A stretch of DNA of 62,941 nt, the filler included, from Octopus bimaculoides (taxonomy: Eukaryota), in NCBI RefSeq assembly GCF_001194135.2. It is 6 parts of 6 records of this genome, joined end to end, with 100 filler letters (N's around TTAATTAATTAA, not from the genome) between each part and the next. Parts side by side here need not be neighbours in the genome. Positions count along the whole stretch, not along the records: positions 27,966 to 38,901 come from NC_068987.1; positions 39,002 to 55,721 come from NC_069000.1; 4 more parts are not named here. One strand, written 5' to 3'. A program made the translations under genes and the position numbers. The notes beneath the pieces are model-generated. The model was not told where the DNA came from, made no database searches, and worked only from the letters and a program-made list of their open reading frames with translations. Of this stretch, positions 34,938-48,653 are shown one piece after another. How positions within the stretch are numbered: position 1 is the stretch's first letter; every line of letters starts with the position of its first letter.

Positions 34938-35938
34938 GTTAGTGTTATTCTGTATACATTCTATACCATATATTCTTTCTATATGTATATGTGTGTATGT
35001 ATATATATATATATATATATATNNNNNNNNNNNNNNNNNNNNNNNNNNNNNNNNNNNNNNNNNNNNNNNNNNNNNNNNNNNNNNNNNNNNNNNNNNNNNN
35101 NNNNNNNNNNNNNNNNNNNNNNNNNNNNNNNNNNNNNNNNNNNNNNNNNNNNNNNNNNNNNNNNNNNNNNNNNNNNNNNNNNNNNNNNNNNNNNNNNNNN
35201 NNNNNNNNNNNNNNNNNNNNNNNNNNNNNNNNNNNNNNNNNNNNNNNNNNNNNNNNNNNNNNNNNNNNNNNNNNNNNNNNNNNNNNNNNNNNNNNNNNNN
35301 NNNNNNNNNNNNNNNNNNNNNNNNNNNNNNNNNNNNNNNNNNNNNNNNNNNNNNNNNNNNNNNNNNNNNNNNNNNNNTTGTGTTGAAAGGGATTCTTTGG
35401 GGTTTGAATAAATGTAACAAAAGCAAAGTTTGAAGGAAATATTAGCTATTTTTCATTCTTCCTAGGGGTAAACGAATGGGAAATAACAGTTCCTACCCAA
35501 AGACAAAAATCATGTTAGTGTTATTCTGTATACATTCTATACCATATATTCTTTCTATATGTATATGTGTGTATGTATATATATATTGACTGATATCTGC
35601 ATAATTATTTCTACTTATATTCGCTACTTCTGTTGCACTAATATTTATAACATTTTTGATGTTTTTTTATGCACAAATGCCTATTTTTCAGCTAATGTTT
35701 GCTTGATATCTTCATACATATGTTTGTAAATATTTATACTTATAAATATTCATATATCTAAGCTTATGTTTCATATTTGCATGATATCACCATATATTCA
35801 CCTAAATTCATTTATTAATGTATCTTTATATTTTCAATATAGTTTCATTGATATCATATTATTTATATACTTATTTTAGCGTGGTATATAATATACATGA
35901 TACACACACACATACACTCACTCACGCACACACATACG

Positions 35939-35970
<32 letters not shown>

Positions 35971-36294
35971 AACACACATATAACATATAAATAAGCATGC
36001 ATACACACACATACACACACACACACACACATACATATATACATACACACATTATAATGGTAGATATAAGCAAGGCCGTCTGTACTTCGATACTTTTGAA
36101 TTCATCTTTGTGTTATATTTTCAATGATACAATTCACACCTAAATGTTCATATTACCATATCTTTTCTTTCATCTCCTCAACACTTACCGTTACCTGCTA
36201 CCATTTTGGTAATATTTGCATGAATATCTTAATTTCTATGCTAAAACACGCATCGTGCGGCCTATAAGTATGCTATATTTTTCTTTCTCTACAG

Positions 36295-36339
36295 ACGCAA
36301 GTTGTAAAAGACAGGGGCAGACAACTGCTACATTATAGT
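36295..36339 (+). CDS. Candidate 45-nt exon (TQVVKDRGRQLLHYS)
   Basis: Acceptor tatttttctttctctacag|, donor AGT|gtaagt; fully open only in phase 0. Confidence 0.55.
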
Positions 36340-38007
36340 GTAAGTAAAATGTTTGCAGTATCGTCTACACTTCTGCTATAACACAACGCAAACAGAACGT
36401 GACACACTTATTGTTAATGCTTACTTTTTGTTTAAATTTTGAGAATGTAGCTAAGTGACAGGAGAGTGGAAAATATTCCTGCTTTTTAAGAAATTAATCG
36501 CATTTTGTTAATAAAAAATATCACTGTTAATAAAAGAAAAATGCAACTGTTGCGCTTTACATTATTGATGTCTACGTCATCTTTATTGTCGCCATCTTCG
36601 TCGTCGTCGTCGTCATCGTTGTTGTCATCATCATTGTTATTGTAGTCGTCGTCGTCGTTATTGTTGTTGTGCTGCCTCAGATGAGCTATGATTGAATAAA
36701 ACAGTATAATTTTATCAAAAATCTAGGTGTATTTCTTGGTTCACTTCATTGCCATCTAGTGTTCCAGATATCTTATGGATTCACTTCGTTGATAGACCTA
36801 CCATATCTTTTTTCCATTTTACAAGGATAAATGCCTCTATCTTTCTCTGTTGTTCATACAGCTTTACTGCATTCGAAACTCACTTTCCTATCTACAAAAT
36901 TGTTGTTTGTTTTTGCTGTTTTGTTTTGTTGCTACAACTGTTGTTGTGGTAGTGGTGGCGGTGACGGTGGCAGCGGTAGTAGTGGTGGTGCTCTCGTTGT
37001 TTAGCTTCAGATCAGCCCTGTTCAAGATGACCTACGTTGAAAAGCATTCTAGTTACGAACATCCGGTGTTTTCTATTGTATTTCACGCTTCTTAGATCAA
37101 AGACCCCATTTGTCCATTGTGTCCAACATTATTTAAAGACGACAGGGTATAATGTAGTCGCTGATATTGTTACTGCTGCTGCCGCTGTTGTTGCTGTTGT
37201 TACCCTGGTCAGCCCTGACCGAGTAGTGCTGCAATCAAATATATTCTAAACGTTCCAACCACTGTTATTTTTTTTTTCCTATCCAAAATAAGCAAGAACC
37301 TCATTACTGTGTTTTCCTAAGACGTTAAGGTTTTTCTCGAGGAGGATTTCACAGCTAATTCAAGCAGAGCAAGTGACCACAAAGCGGCTGCCCCATTCAG
37401 ATCGATGATTCTGTAAATATTATTGTGTACTGTTTGTAGAATTAGTGGCAGCGGTTGTGAGGGCTGTTGTTTGTACATTTAATGACAGTGATTGTGAGGG
37501 CATTTGTTTGTATATTTAATGGCAATGGTTGTGAGGGCTGGAGTTAGTCTACTTAGTGACAATGGTTTTCAGGGATGTTGTTTGTGCAGTAGTCGCGTGT
37601 CTGTTGTTTGCATATTTGTACCAGCTGTTGTGAGGGCGTTGTTAATATATTTAGGGGCAAAAGTTGAGGAATGTTGTGTATAATTTCGTGGCAATGGGTT
37701 GTGAGGGTGGTTGTTTGCATATTTATTTACAGTCGTTGTGGAGGTTATTGTTTGTATAGTTAATTGCAGTGGCTAATAGGTCAACTGTTTGTTACAGTAA
37801 CAAACTGTCCCAAGCATATCCAGGTGTTCTATTTAATCTGAATAATTTGATAAAAGGTGTGGAACAATGTTATTGTAAATGTTAGTGATGTCGTTACTGC
37901 TTTTGTTGTTCTCCCTTTCGTGATTAACTGCTGTTGTAGATATTCATGTTGTTATTGTCAGCGAAGCTATTTCAAGAGATTTCTTTACATATTTCGTTTC
38001 TTTACAG

Positions 38008-38073
38008 GGGAATTTCGAAGGAAGCTCCAAGAAACAAAAAGGAAACGATTCGCAGACAATACCGGAGATACAA
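38008..38073 (+). CDS. Candidate 66-nt exon
   Basis: Acceptor atttcgtttctttacag|, donor CAA|gtaaac; all frames open (phase 2: GISKEAPRNKKETIRRQYRRY). Confidence 0.5.
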
Positions 38074-38152
38074 GTAAACAAAATTTTATCATTTCTTTGA
38101 AACAGAGTTGGTATTTTATTTGGGCTATGTTGTTATTGTTGTAATGTGTATA

Positions 38153-38283
38153 GGCACAGGCGTGACGATGTGGTAAGAAGCTTGCTTACCAATCACATGA
38201 TTCCGGATTAAGTCCTACTGCGTGGCACCTTGGGAAAGTGTCTTTTACTATAGCCTCGGGCCGACCAAAGCCTTGTGAATGGA
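38153..38283 (+). mobile_element. SINE family A 5' half
   Basis: GGCACAGGCGTGACGATGTGGTAAGAAG..GCCTCGGGCCGACCAAAGCCTTGTGA. Confidence 0.8.
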
Positions 38284-38289
38284 AATACT

Positions 38290-38570
38290 TACGCCAAGCC
38301 TCCTCCACAAAAATTGAAAAATCTAGCTGTATTTGGTAACGTTTTCCTGAGCAAACTAGCTAACACTATCAGGAATGATTTTTAGCTTGACTGTATTTCT
38401 GCTTTGACAAGTTTACAAATAAGACGGAGCCTAATTCATTTGATGAATTCATGACAGAACCAATTTAATTTAATAAACACCTAAGTGTCGGTAAAGAGAC
38501 AATCTTTTTCCCTGCGTGGTTTGAGAGAGGCAGATTCAAAAAACACTCTCAGCTTCAAACATTTTAGATA
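38290..38570 (+). pseudogene. L1/Tx1-like LINE ORF2 post-RT fragment
   Basis: FMTEPI*FNKHLSVGKETIFFPAWFERG resembles the EPIWxN..I..K..FF..WF..G motif. Confidence 0.4.
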
Positions 38571-39164
38571 CTTTGTGCACGACAGATATCTAATTGAAAA
38601 AAAAAAACAGATCGTACAATGAAAGCAAGCAAGAGGAATCATATTTTTTAAAAAATGGGGGCTGTACTATGAGTCTGTAAATGCGTGGTAGTCCTCTAGT
38701 GTTACTTCTTGTAGAACTGTATTAAGATATGAATGATTGACGAGTGAATGTATAGTAGCGTGTAGTCTATTTTATTTTATTCTTTTTGTTTATTTTTATT
38801 CCTTCTTTTCTCTCTCTTCTTTTTCTTTGTTATTTATTTATTTTGTTTTATTTATTTTTATTTTTTATTTTTTGCTTTCTCTTTTTCTTTCTTTTAAAAA
38901 ANNNNNNNNNNNNNNNNNNNNNNNNNNNNNNNNNNNNNNNNNNNNTTAATTAATTAANNNNNNNNNNNNNNNNNNNNNNNNNNNNNNNNNNNNNNNNNNN
39001 NCCTGAAGAAATACCTTCCTTCGTTATTTCGTAATGCAATTTAAATTTTAATTGTAACTTGAATGAAGTTGGATATGGAAACAATTGTAAGCTTATATAA
39101 TTGACAAAATGTAAATAAATTGATGTGATCTGTTCAAACCCTCCATTTCTTCTTTACAATATTT

Positions 39165-39343
39165 TTATTCTTTTATTCTTTTACTGGTTTCAGTCATTTG
39201 ACTGCGGCCATGCTGGAATACAGCCTTTAGTCGAACGAATCGACTCTAGGACTTATTCTTTGTTAGCCTGGTGCTTATCCTATCGGTTCTTTTGCCGAAC
39301 TGCTAACTTACGGAGACATGCAAACACACAAACACACAAATAT

Positions 39344-39374
<31 letters not shown>

Positions 39375-39575
39375 CTTGCATACATACATACATACATANN
39401 NNNNNNNNATATATATACATATATGTTCGTATTCTGTTACTTGTCTCAGTCAGACTTTTTTTCAGTTTCCGTCAACCAATTCAGCTCAAAAGACATAGGT
39501 TAGCCTTAGCCTTTTTCATAGAAGGCAATGCTCCAAGATGCTACGCAATAGGATCGAACCATTAACCACATACCA
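39165..39575 (-). mobile_element. SINE family A
   Basis: TTTCAGTCATTTGACTGCGGCCATGCTGG..GCCGAACTGCTAACTTACGG..CAGTTTCCGTCAACCAA. Confidence 0.8.
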
Positions 39576-39985
39576 GCATATACACTTCCCTCTCTTTCCC
39601 TTACCCCCCTCTCTCCCTCGCTCTGCATGTACATATAATACTATATAGGATATATGTATTATATGTATCTGTGTATGTATATGTATGTACACAAAAAGAT
39701 GCTTGTTTGTGCACTCTTACACACACACACACGCTTAGTCACGCACACACAGGGACACAACACATACAGGGAAAAGGAGTGAGAATAAAAACGAGAGCGG
39801 TGGAATCTTTCAGTAAGCAGATGTGGGAAATATCTGTTCGGAAACCATTGTCCATATATGGATAATTCATATTAAATTCTTTATTAATTATGCAATGCAA
39901 CTGTTTTTCCGGATAAAATGTGTATGGAATAAAACAAACATAATATGCACACATACACGCATATATGCATATATATACACACACG

Positions 39986-40026
<41 letters not shown>

Positions 40027-40629
40027 GTTACTCTATAAGTATATATGTATTTATAAACTCACATTCACACACACTCACAAGCATATATACAGAATGGTAG
40101 AGAGGGGAATAAAGAGAGACAGAGACAAGATTAGGTGCGGGTAATTTATTTATTATTAATACTTCGGGAGTTATTTTATTATCTATCAGTTGCACTTAGC
40201 CGTATTTTTTGAGAGGAATGATAAGAGCAGAGACAGTAGACTTTAAAGTCTACACTGACACTCTGCATCAACACGCTTGGTAAATTAATAGCAAACCAGT
40301 ATATACTATAGAAAAAAACAAAAAAGCATACGGAAAAATTACAGTAAAGTGAGAATCGTGAAGATGTAAAATATAGTTAAAACAATTGTTCTAGATCGTA
40401 ACTTAGCGTTATTCGCTCCCTGATATCACTCTTTACAATTTTACGTTCGTTCATAACGTTCTTCATTGAGAGGGTTGAAAGAGGAGAGATAGAGACAGTG
40501 ACAGAGAAGAGGAGAGAGACAGACAAACAGACAACCAGACAGACAGGCAGGCAGACAGAGAAGTGGTGGGATAGTAGAGAACAGGACTTCTTATGCACCT
40601 TGACCTACTTCTGCTTTTTTTTTTTATAG

Positions 40630-40700
40630 GTGGGAAGACTCTCTTGGTGGGCATGTCAGGATTGAAAAGAGAGCAAACATATTACCATGTTTAATAAAAG
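40630..40700 (+). CDS. Candidate 71-nt exon (WEDSLGGHVRIEKRANILPCLIK)
   Basis: Acceptor cttctgctttttttttttatag|, donor AAG|gtaata; open only in phase 2 to 1. Confidence 0.5.
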
Positions 40701-40974
40701 GTAATAGTTTTCATCTTTTTAATCTTGCTCTGCTCTATGGTAAAGAAAAAAGAGTTACTTTGTATGCAAGCTCTATAGGTAAGAAATTGTATTTCTTTGT
40801 TTGGGGAGGGTTGATAGTATTTGCCAGAGTGAGCATCACTGAACAATTGTAAGTCACAAAGGATAGAGGATTTAGGTTCTCTATTCATCAGTAAACTGTG
40901 GAACAGAACATCTCAAAGAAGAAATATCTCTCTTCGTGATTCAGACGCAGAAAGGGAACAAAGAACCGATATTT

Positions 40975-41270
40975 TATGGAAGGATGTAGTGGTAAGATGC
41001 TCGCTTCCCAACCCCATGGTTCCGGGTTCAGTCCCACTACGTGGCTCCTTCGGTGTTTTCTGCTATAACCTCGATCCCACCAAAACCTTGTTAGTGGATT
41101 TGGTAGACGGAAACTGAAAGAAGCCCGTCGTATGTATATATACATGTATATATATTAGTGTGTCTGAATCTGTGTGTGTGTCCCTCCATCGCTTGACAAT
41201 CGATGTTGGTGTGATTATGTTCCCGTAACTTAGCGGTACGACAAAAGAGACCGAAAGTGTAAGTATAACT
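40975..41270 (+). mobile_element. SINE family A
   Basis: GTTCCGGGTTCAGTCCCACT..GTGGATTTGGTAGACGGAAACTGAAAGAAGCCCGTCG..CCGTAACTTAGCGG. Confidence 0.88.
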
Positions 41271-41922
41271 GAATGCACACACACACACACACATATATAT
41301 ATGTATGTATATNNNNNNNNNNNNNNNNNNNNNNNNNNNNNNNNNNNNNNNNNNNNNNNNNNNNNNNNNNNNNNNNNNNNNNNNNNNNNNNNNNNNNNNN
41401 NNNNNNNNNNNNNNNNNNNNNNNNNNNNNNNNNNNNNNNNNNNNNNNNNNNNNNNNTATATATACATACATACATACGTATAAATATATATATTATGTAT
41501 ATATGTATATATGTATATATATATGTGTGTGTGTGTGCGCGTGTGTATGTATATATATATATATGAACACACACACACACACACACATACACACGCATAC
41601 AAACATATCTACGCACATACATAGATATATGTGTGTGTGTACAATTATATATATGTTTACGTAATCAAAATGCTCGTCTATGTTATTACTTGTACCCTGA
41701 TGTATTGTTTCTATTTTGGCTTCGTGACAAAGCAAAGAAATATTTATCATCAGCACTTTTTAAGTGCTTTGTTATCGTCTTAATCAGCACACCGACGTAT
41801 TACATACGTTTCGCTCATTTTCGTTTTAAGTTCAATTCCCAACGATGCCAACTTAAGTATTCCTCATTCCGGGGTCCACAAAATGTTAGATGTTTTGTCG
41901 CCCATTTCTCATCATTATTCAG

Positions 41923-41971
<49 letters not shown>

Positions 41972-42496
41972 NNNNNNNNNNNNNNNNNNNNNNNNNNNNN
42001 NNNNNNNNNNNNNNNNNNNNNNNNNNNNNNNNNNNNNNNNNNNNNNNNNNNNNNNNNNNNNNNNNNNNNNNNNNNNNNNNNNNNNNNNNNNNNNNNNNNN
42101 NNNNNNNNNNNNNNNNNNNNNNNNNNNNNNNNNNNNNNNNNNNNNNNNNNNNNNNNNNNNNNNNNNNNNNNNNNNNNNNNNNNNNNNNNNNNNNNNNNNN
42201 NNNNNNNNNNNNNNNNNNNNNNNNNNNNNNNNNNNNNNNNNNNNNNNNNNNNNNNNNNNNNNNNNNNNNNNNNNNNNNNNNNNNNNNNNNNNNNNNNNNN
42301 NNNNNNNNNNNNNNNNNNNNNNNNNNNNNNNNNNNNNNNNNNNNNNNNNNNNNNNNNNNNNNNNNNNNNNNNNNNNNNNNNNNNNNNNNNNNNNNNNNNN
42401 NNNNNNNNNNNNNNNNNNNNNNNNNNNNCTGTCAAATTTAAATTGGCACCAGCTGCATAATGCAGTGAAATTTTGGATTCCAAAGGATAACACTGT

Positions 42497-42514
42497 ATGA
42501 TGATGATGATAGTA

Positions 42515-42560
<46 letters not shown>

Positions 42561-42622
42561 TGATGATGATGATGATGATGATGATAATAATGATAATAAT
42601 AATGACAATGATAATAATAATA

Positions 42623-42653
<31 letters not shown>

Positions 42654-42727
42654 TAGCAACGGTAATGATAATGGTGTGGATGATGGCGATGATGTCGACG
42701 ACGACGACGACGATGATGATGCTGATG

Positions 42728-42763
<36 letters not shown>

Positions 42764-42770
42764 TGATTTT
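42497..42770. repeat. Compound trinucleotide microsatellite (ATA/GAT/GAC)
   Basis: Direct reading. Confidence 0.95.
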
Positions 42771-42794
42771 CATCATCCTTGTGGACATTGATAG

Positions 42795-43800
42795 TAATGG
42801 ATAGCAGATTCGTTAGATCGTCAGGAAAAAAATACTATGCAATTTATATCTATGTACTTTTACTTTCTGAATTCAAATTCCACCAATATTAACTTTGCCT
42901 TTCATCCTTTCTGTGTCCGTAAAATAAAATAGAAGTTAAGTACTTGGGGGTCGATGTATTCAACTGAACTCCTCCACTCGAAGTTGCTGGCCTTGTGCCT
43001 AAATAAGAAAGAATTACTGCTGTTGTTGTCGTTGTTGTTGCTGTTATTCATTAGACCAATCAGATGTCAGAAGTGGAAAATCCGAAGCAAAAGGACTTGC
43101 AATATTTATTCATATCTGAACTGTTACGCTCAGAGTTCGAATCTAAGCAAGGTCAGTTTTTACCTTTTATTCTTCCAGGATTGAAAACATATGCAACTGT
43201 CAAGGGAAAATGTTGATGACACGAGAGTTCTGACATCATATTTGATTTTATATCTATGTTGTGTCGATATTATAAAAATTGAACACGGTGAGCTTGCAGA
43301 ATCGTTAGCACACCAGACAAAATGCTTCGTCCGTCTTTACGTTCAGAGTTCAAATTTTCCCGAAGTTGACTTTGCCTTCCATCCTTTCAGGGGGTCAATA
43401 AAATAAGAACCAGTTGAACACTGGGGTTGATGTAACCGATTAGCTCCCAGCCCCCAAATTGCTGGCCTTGTGCCAAAGTTTGAAACCAATATTAGCAACG
43501 TTGCTTCGTGTAACCTTATTTATATCAATATAATCATTATAGTTTCCCATCATGCATGGAGTAATTTTATAAGGAACGGATATAACCGAATATCAGAATC
43601 ACACGTTTTAGAACACCGAGTATAATTGATTAATTCAAATCTATTACTTGAGTGGCTCAGTAATGAATTGCAAAATTGATCTCGGCAGGATTTGAACTCA
43701 AACTGTAAAGAAGCGGAAATTGAGCTCAGAACGTAAAGATGGACGAAAAGCTGCTAAGCATTTAGTGTGGAGTACAAACGATTCTGCCAGCTTGCCGCCT
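42795..43800. mobile_element. SINE family B cluster (+ at about 42795-43010, 43085-43190, 43285-43490; - at about 43650-43800)
   Basis: Repeated B boxes and CTTTGCCTTTCATCCTTT cores. Confidence 0.75.
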
Positions 43801-45099
43801 TTATAATATAATATAATATAATATAATATAATATAATTATAATATATTAAGTCCTTATAATATAATGATTTGTAACCTAGACACGGACATAAAATTCGAG
43901 AAAGCACTACCTTGATCAGATCAGCATCAGTGCAAATGTAGTGCTTCATTTTCTCTGGCTGGACAAAGAAATCTGGCCTAAATGGGGCGCCAAAAGCAAT
44001 TCCTGATACAGGAGAAAAAATATTACATCAAGGTATATATAGAAAAGAATATTCTCAATACGCCTGGGTACCTTGAACAAAAGTCTTCTATTATAGCGTC
44101 GGTTTGATCAAAGTATTTTGAGTAGAATTTAATGGGCGGAAACAGCATGGAAGCCCATGAAAGGACTCATTCCTCTTTGATGCAGCAAAAATAAACAGAA
44201 GCAGGTTTAGCACCACTACTTGCAGTTTAGATAGCTTTAGCAGAGTCAACTCTGTTGCCAGCATTCGGGTCAGGTCTTCTGTCTGAAGATAACTTCCTTC
44301 ATTCTTCTCACATCAGAGGCCAAGGAAAAGATCCAAAACGCTTCACTTCCTCCTCTAAGTCAAAGAAAGTAATTAAAGATGTGAATGTCACACGTGTAGT
44401 GCATTTTCTCCAGAAGCAATACGCCACTATATTGTATCGAGATATCCTACACACGCCCTGACATATACTTGAAGACATAAATAGCAATGGCCTTTTACAT
44501 GCGCTTAGTCAACCAATTTCAATAGATTTATGTAAAGACTGTAAAGTATTCATATGAACCTTAACTTATTTTATAAACGAAAATGCAAAACCTAGACTTT
44601 AACGAACAGATAGACCGTTAGATAGCATATAGTAAGTTTAATATTGTTTAAATGACAAATAAGGATAATAGTTTACTAATTAGATACCGACAAAGCGAAA
44701 GCGAAAGACTATAATGTTGATCAGAAGCAAGCTGAAAAGTTAAGGAATTAAACTAAACTTGGATTAAAACATTATGGCAGTTAAGATGTGCCAGTCACCT
44801 GATTTGTAATTGGTACAAGTTGAATGATGTACAACTATTTTTGTCATGGCGTTGATAGACTACTCAGAACTATCTACAAACATTTTTCATAAAATAAAAC
44901 TAGTAAGTAGAGCATTTGTTAATCTTGAGCATCTTCGTTAACTAGGAATGCTACTATGCATATTTTCCAAGTTGTAGACGTATCTATTTGTTGTTTTATG
45001 AACACCGCATTACTAAAAATAATTGTAAAGATGAATTCCAACGTAGGTGCCACGCTTATATTAGAATACATGTTTGGAGGAGAGAACAACCGATTAATT

Positions 45100-45830
45100 C
45101 AACTTCAGTAGTTGGCTGCTGTTTTATTTCATCGATCCCGCGAGGAATATGAAAGGCAGAGTTGACATGAGCGAGATTTTAAATCAAAACCCAGAGGAAG
45201 ATATGATTCAAAGTTACAGGTTCTTTAATCTTTCTCTGTACCATATCTGCCACACGTCATACATTCTTACAATAACAATGAGTATTTCTAATTTAGGCAA
45301 AGGCGGCGAGCTGGCAGAATCATTACAACACCGTGAAAAATGCTTAGCGACATTTCGTCTGTCTTTACGTTCTGAGTTCGTATTCCACCGAGGTCAACTT
45401 TGCCTTTCATCCTTTCGGGGTCGATCAGATAAGTACCAGTAGAACACAGGGGTCAATTTAATCGTCTTACCCGAACATGCTGACCATATGCCAAAATTTG
45501 AAACCAATAAGTATTTCAATTTAGGCACAAGGTCAGAAACTTGTGAGGAGGGCTTTGTCGATAAGCAGCATTTAACCAGAAGGCTGTAAAAACAAAAATA
45601 AATTCGAAAGAATTTGAACTTAGAATGCTAGGTATTTTATCCGACGATCCAGGGTTCTACTTATCAACTGTTCTTAATAATTTCTAACATAGTTACAAGA
45701 CCAGAAATTTCTAGGAGATAGCCAGTCGATTAAATTTACTTCAATTTTTGACAAGGAGTTTATTTTATCGACCATAGGAGAACAAAATGCAAGATTGTTC
45801 TAGGTGAGGTTTTAAATTAAAACCCAGAAA
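45100..45830. mobile_element. SINE family B cluster (+ at 45296-45515; - fragments at about 45100-45200, 45520-45640, 45715-45830)
   Basis: AGGCGGCGAGCTGGCAGAATC..GAGGTCAACTTTGCCTTTCATCCTTTCGGGGTCGAT and reverse fragments. Confidence 0.7.
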
Positions 45831-46304
45831 TGTAATTCAACACTGCGATGCCTTTAAACCTTCCCTATACCATATCTGTCACGAACCGCCCTTCCTTACA
45901 ATAACAATAACGATACCACACTAGCGTTGATAAAATATTTGCTGCAGTAACTTATTTATACAACATGCACAACTAGAAGTTAAATGCACGACTGAGAATA
46001 GAATTTAAAAAGAGAAGGGTTGGAAATATAACGACAGTCTTTAGATTGCACTGGCTGAACACACATCTTCAAAGATTATGTTGACTTTGGAAATCATTGA
46101 GTGAAGGGTGGTGGGGATTATGCAGTCAGAAAATTATCATAAAGTAGTTCCTGCACAGATTATTTAGAAAAACAAAGATGGCAGAGATGCCTCTTGGAAA
46201 TTAAGGCAAATTTACACAATCAGTTTAAGAAAACATGCACACACGCACATAACTACATACACTATATATATTGTGTGAATGTGTGTATACACACACACAC
46301 ATGC

Positions 46305-46342
<38 letters not shown>

Positions 46343-47138
46343 GCAGATAGGCAGGTAGATCTGTATACATGTGTGTGTGTGCGTGTGCGTGTCTATGTGT
46401 GTTTTTGTGGTTGCAGTGTATATGTATGTACATTAGATATATTAATGTGTAATTATATATGAATTTGAAGGTGATATATTGAATGCCTTAGGCAAAAAGA
46501 ATTCTTAACAGAAATTTCCCTCTTAATTGGCGAAAGAAAACAAAAACACCTAGCGACAGTTGTTAGCGATTCTCAAAATAAAAGGAAAATAATTTCAAGA
46601 AATAGGGAATTAGTCTTTTCAAAGTTCTTTTACATGCTTAGGGAGGGAAAAAGTCTGAGATTTTCAGGTAAGGGATAATTAAAAGCATTTTTTTCATCTG
46701 TTTCCTATATCTACGTTTCCTATTGCAACTATAACAGTTTCATATCCCTGGATATGACTCACACGTCTCTCCTCTTCCTTTTATCTGCATTCTATCCTGC
46801 CCACAGATCCCATTCTAACTATTAAGGCTAGCCATTCACCAGGAGACATAATAAGCAGCAATATAACTACTACGCCCAAGTCACCTTTTCCTCAGGCAAC
46901 GGTCCTTTTGAATTCCTTCCCCACCTCTTGTTTCCCAAACGTGCAGACTTGCTAAAGTTTAAGCATCAATCTTCCCTGTTTTGGAGAGCCTGCGAAGGTC
47001 ATAAGTATTGATATTTCCTCTTGATCTCGCAACTAGGGGGTAAAAAGGCGAATCAATATTATTGATTTGAAACCATTTTTCCTTTATTCAGTTTAATTCA
47101 TCTGATTGGAAGTATCTCTCTTATTTTGTTGCTTTTAG

Positions 47139-47197
47139 ATTTGAAGCATCCACAGAAGGAGTTTTTATCTACTAATTGCATAGACAACCTCAATTAA
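47139..47197 (+). CDS. Candidate terminal coding exon (DLKHPQKEFLSTNCIDNLN*)
   Basis: Acceptor ctcttattttgttgcttttag|; phase 1 matches the 40630-40700 exon; AATAAA near 47291. Confidence 0.4.
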
Positions 47198-47589
47198 ACG
47201 ATGCTTTTCAATTCACGATATTACAAGTTTGATTATTATTGATTTTAACAATATGAAGCATTCCTTTCTGAATAGCTTCTTTGCAAAGGCAATAAATAAT
47301 GTGCATAGGGATGCATATGTCCGCAACATGTGTGCGCATGTGAGTGCGCATGTACTTAGGTTAAGTTAGTTTAGTGAAACAGGCCAGTAAGACGGCATCT
47401 TTGGCTAATATTTCTCAGTTGTTGAGATCAAATGTGTTCCATTGTACCTTCCCGTCAAATATTGAATATCAAGGATTACAGCAGAACAGTGTTGTCTCGT
47501 TTTCAAGACGGTAGACTCCAATTTGAGGGAGATTTTGGCAGCCATGATATTCGTGAATATTAGGTCGTTAATTGCATAGTGTGTCAGCC

Positions 47590-47990
<401 letters not shown>

Positions 47991-48612
47991 TGCCTATTTA
48001 TTTGTATTAGGAAATACCTTTAAAACTCAACAGTGTCTGGCGTTAGCATTTGTTATATCAAAGAACTTTTACATTCACTTGATCATATGTGCATATGTGT
48101 TTAATTTAGAACGAAAAGATTTCTAATGCCATTATCGTTCCAAGGACTTTTCGATCTCATCTTCTGAATTTACTAACGATGGTAATGCCTTCTTGCCACG
48201 TTTTATTATCGGCAGTAATGTGCCATGAGAACAATAATGTAATTAAACATTGTCGCTACATATAAAAGTTTTTAATTTTAAATTCGTTAAATTCGTGGAA
48301 AATTTTATAGCTTATTTTAAGTGTACCGTATTTGTGTGCTAATTTTGTTTTGTATTTTGCTGCTATTAATAAAGCCACAGTATGTAGTCTCCTAGATTTT
48401 TTGGCCGAAATTTATATAGACTGGTAGTGTTATATGCTTTCTATCTAGTTTTGCATCGTTGCTGTATGATACATTGCAATAACAATGGAGCCTTGTTTTT
48501 AATGCATAATGAGCCGACTAGAATACACATATATATGCATGCATATATGTATAAGTGAATATACACACGAATAGACACACGCATGCATATATATGTATAT
48601 ATATACCCCCCC

Positions 48613-48653
<41 letters not shown>

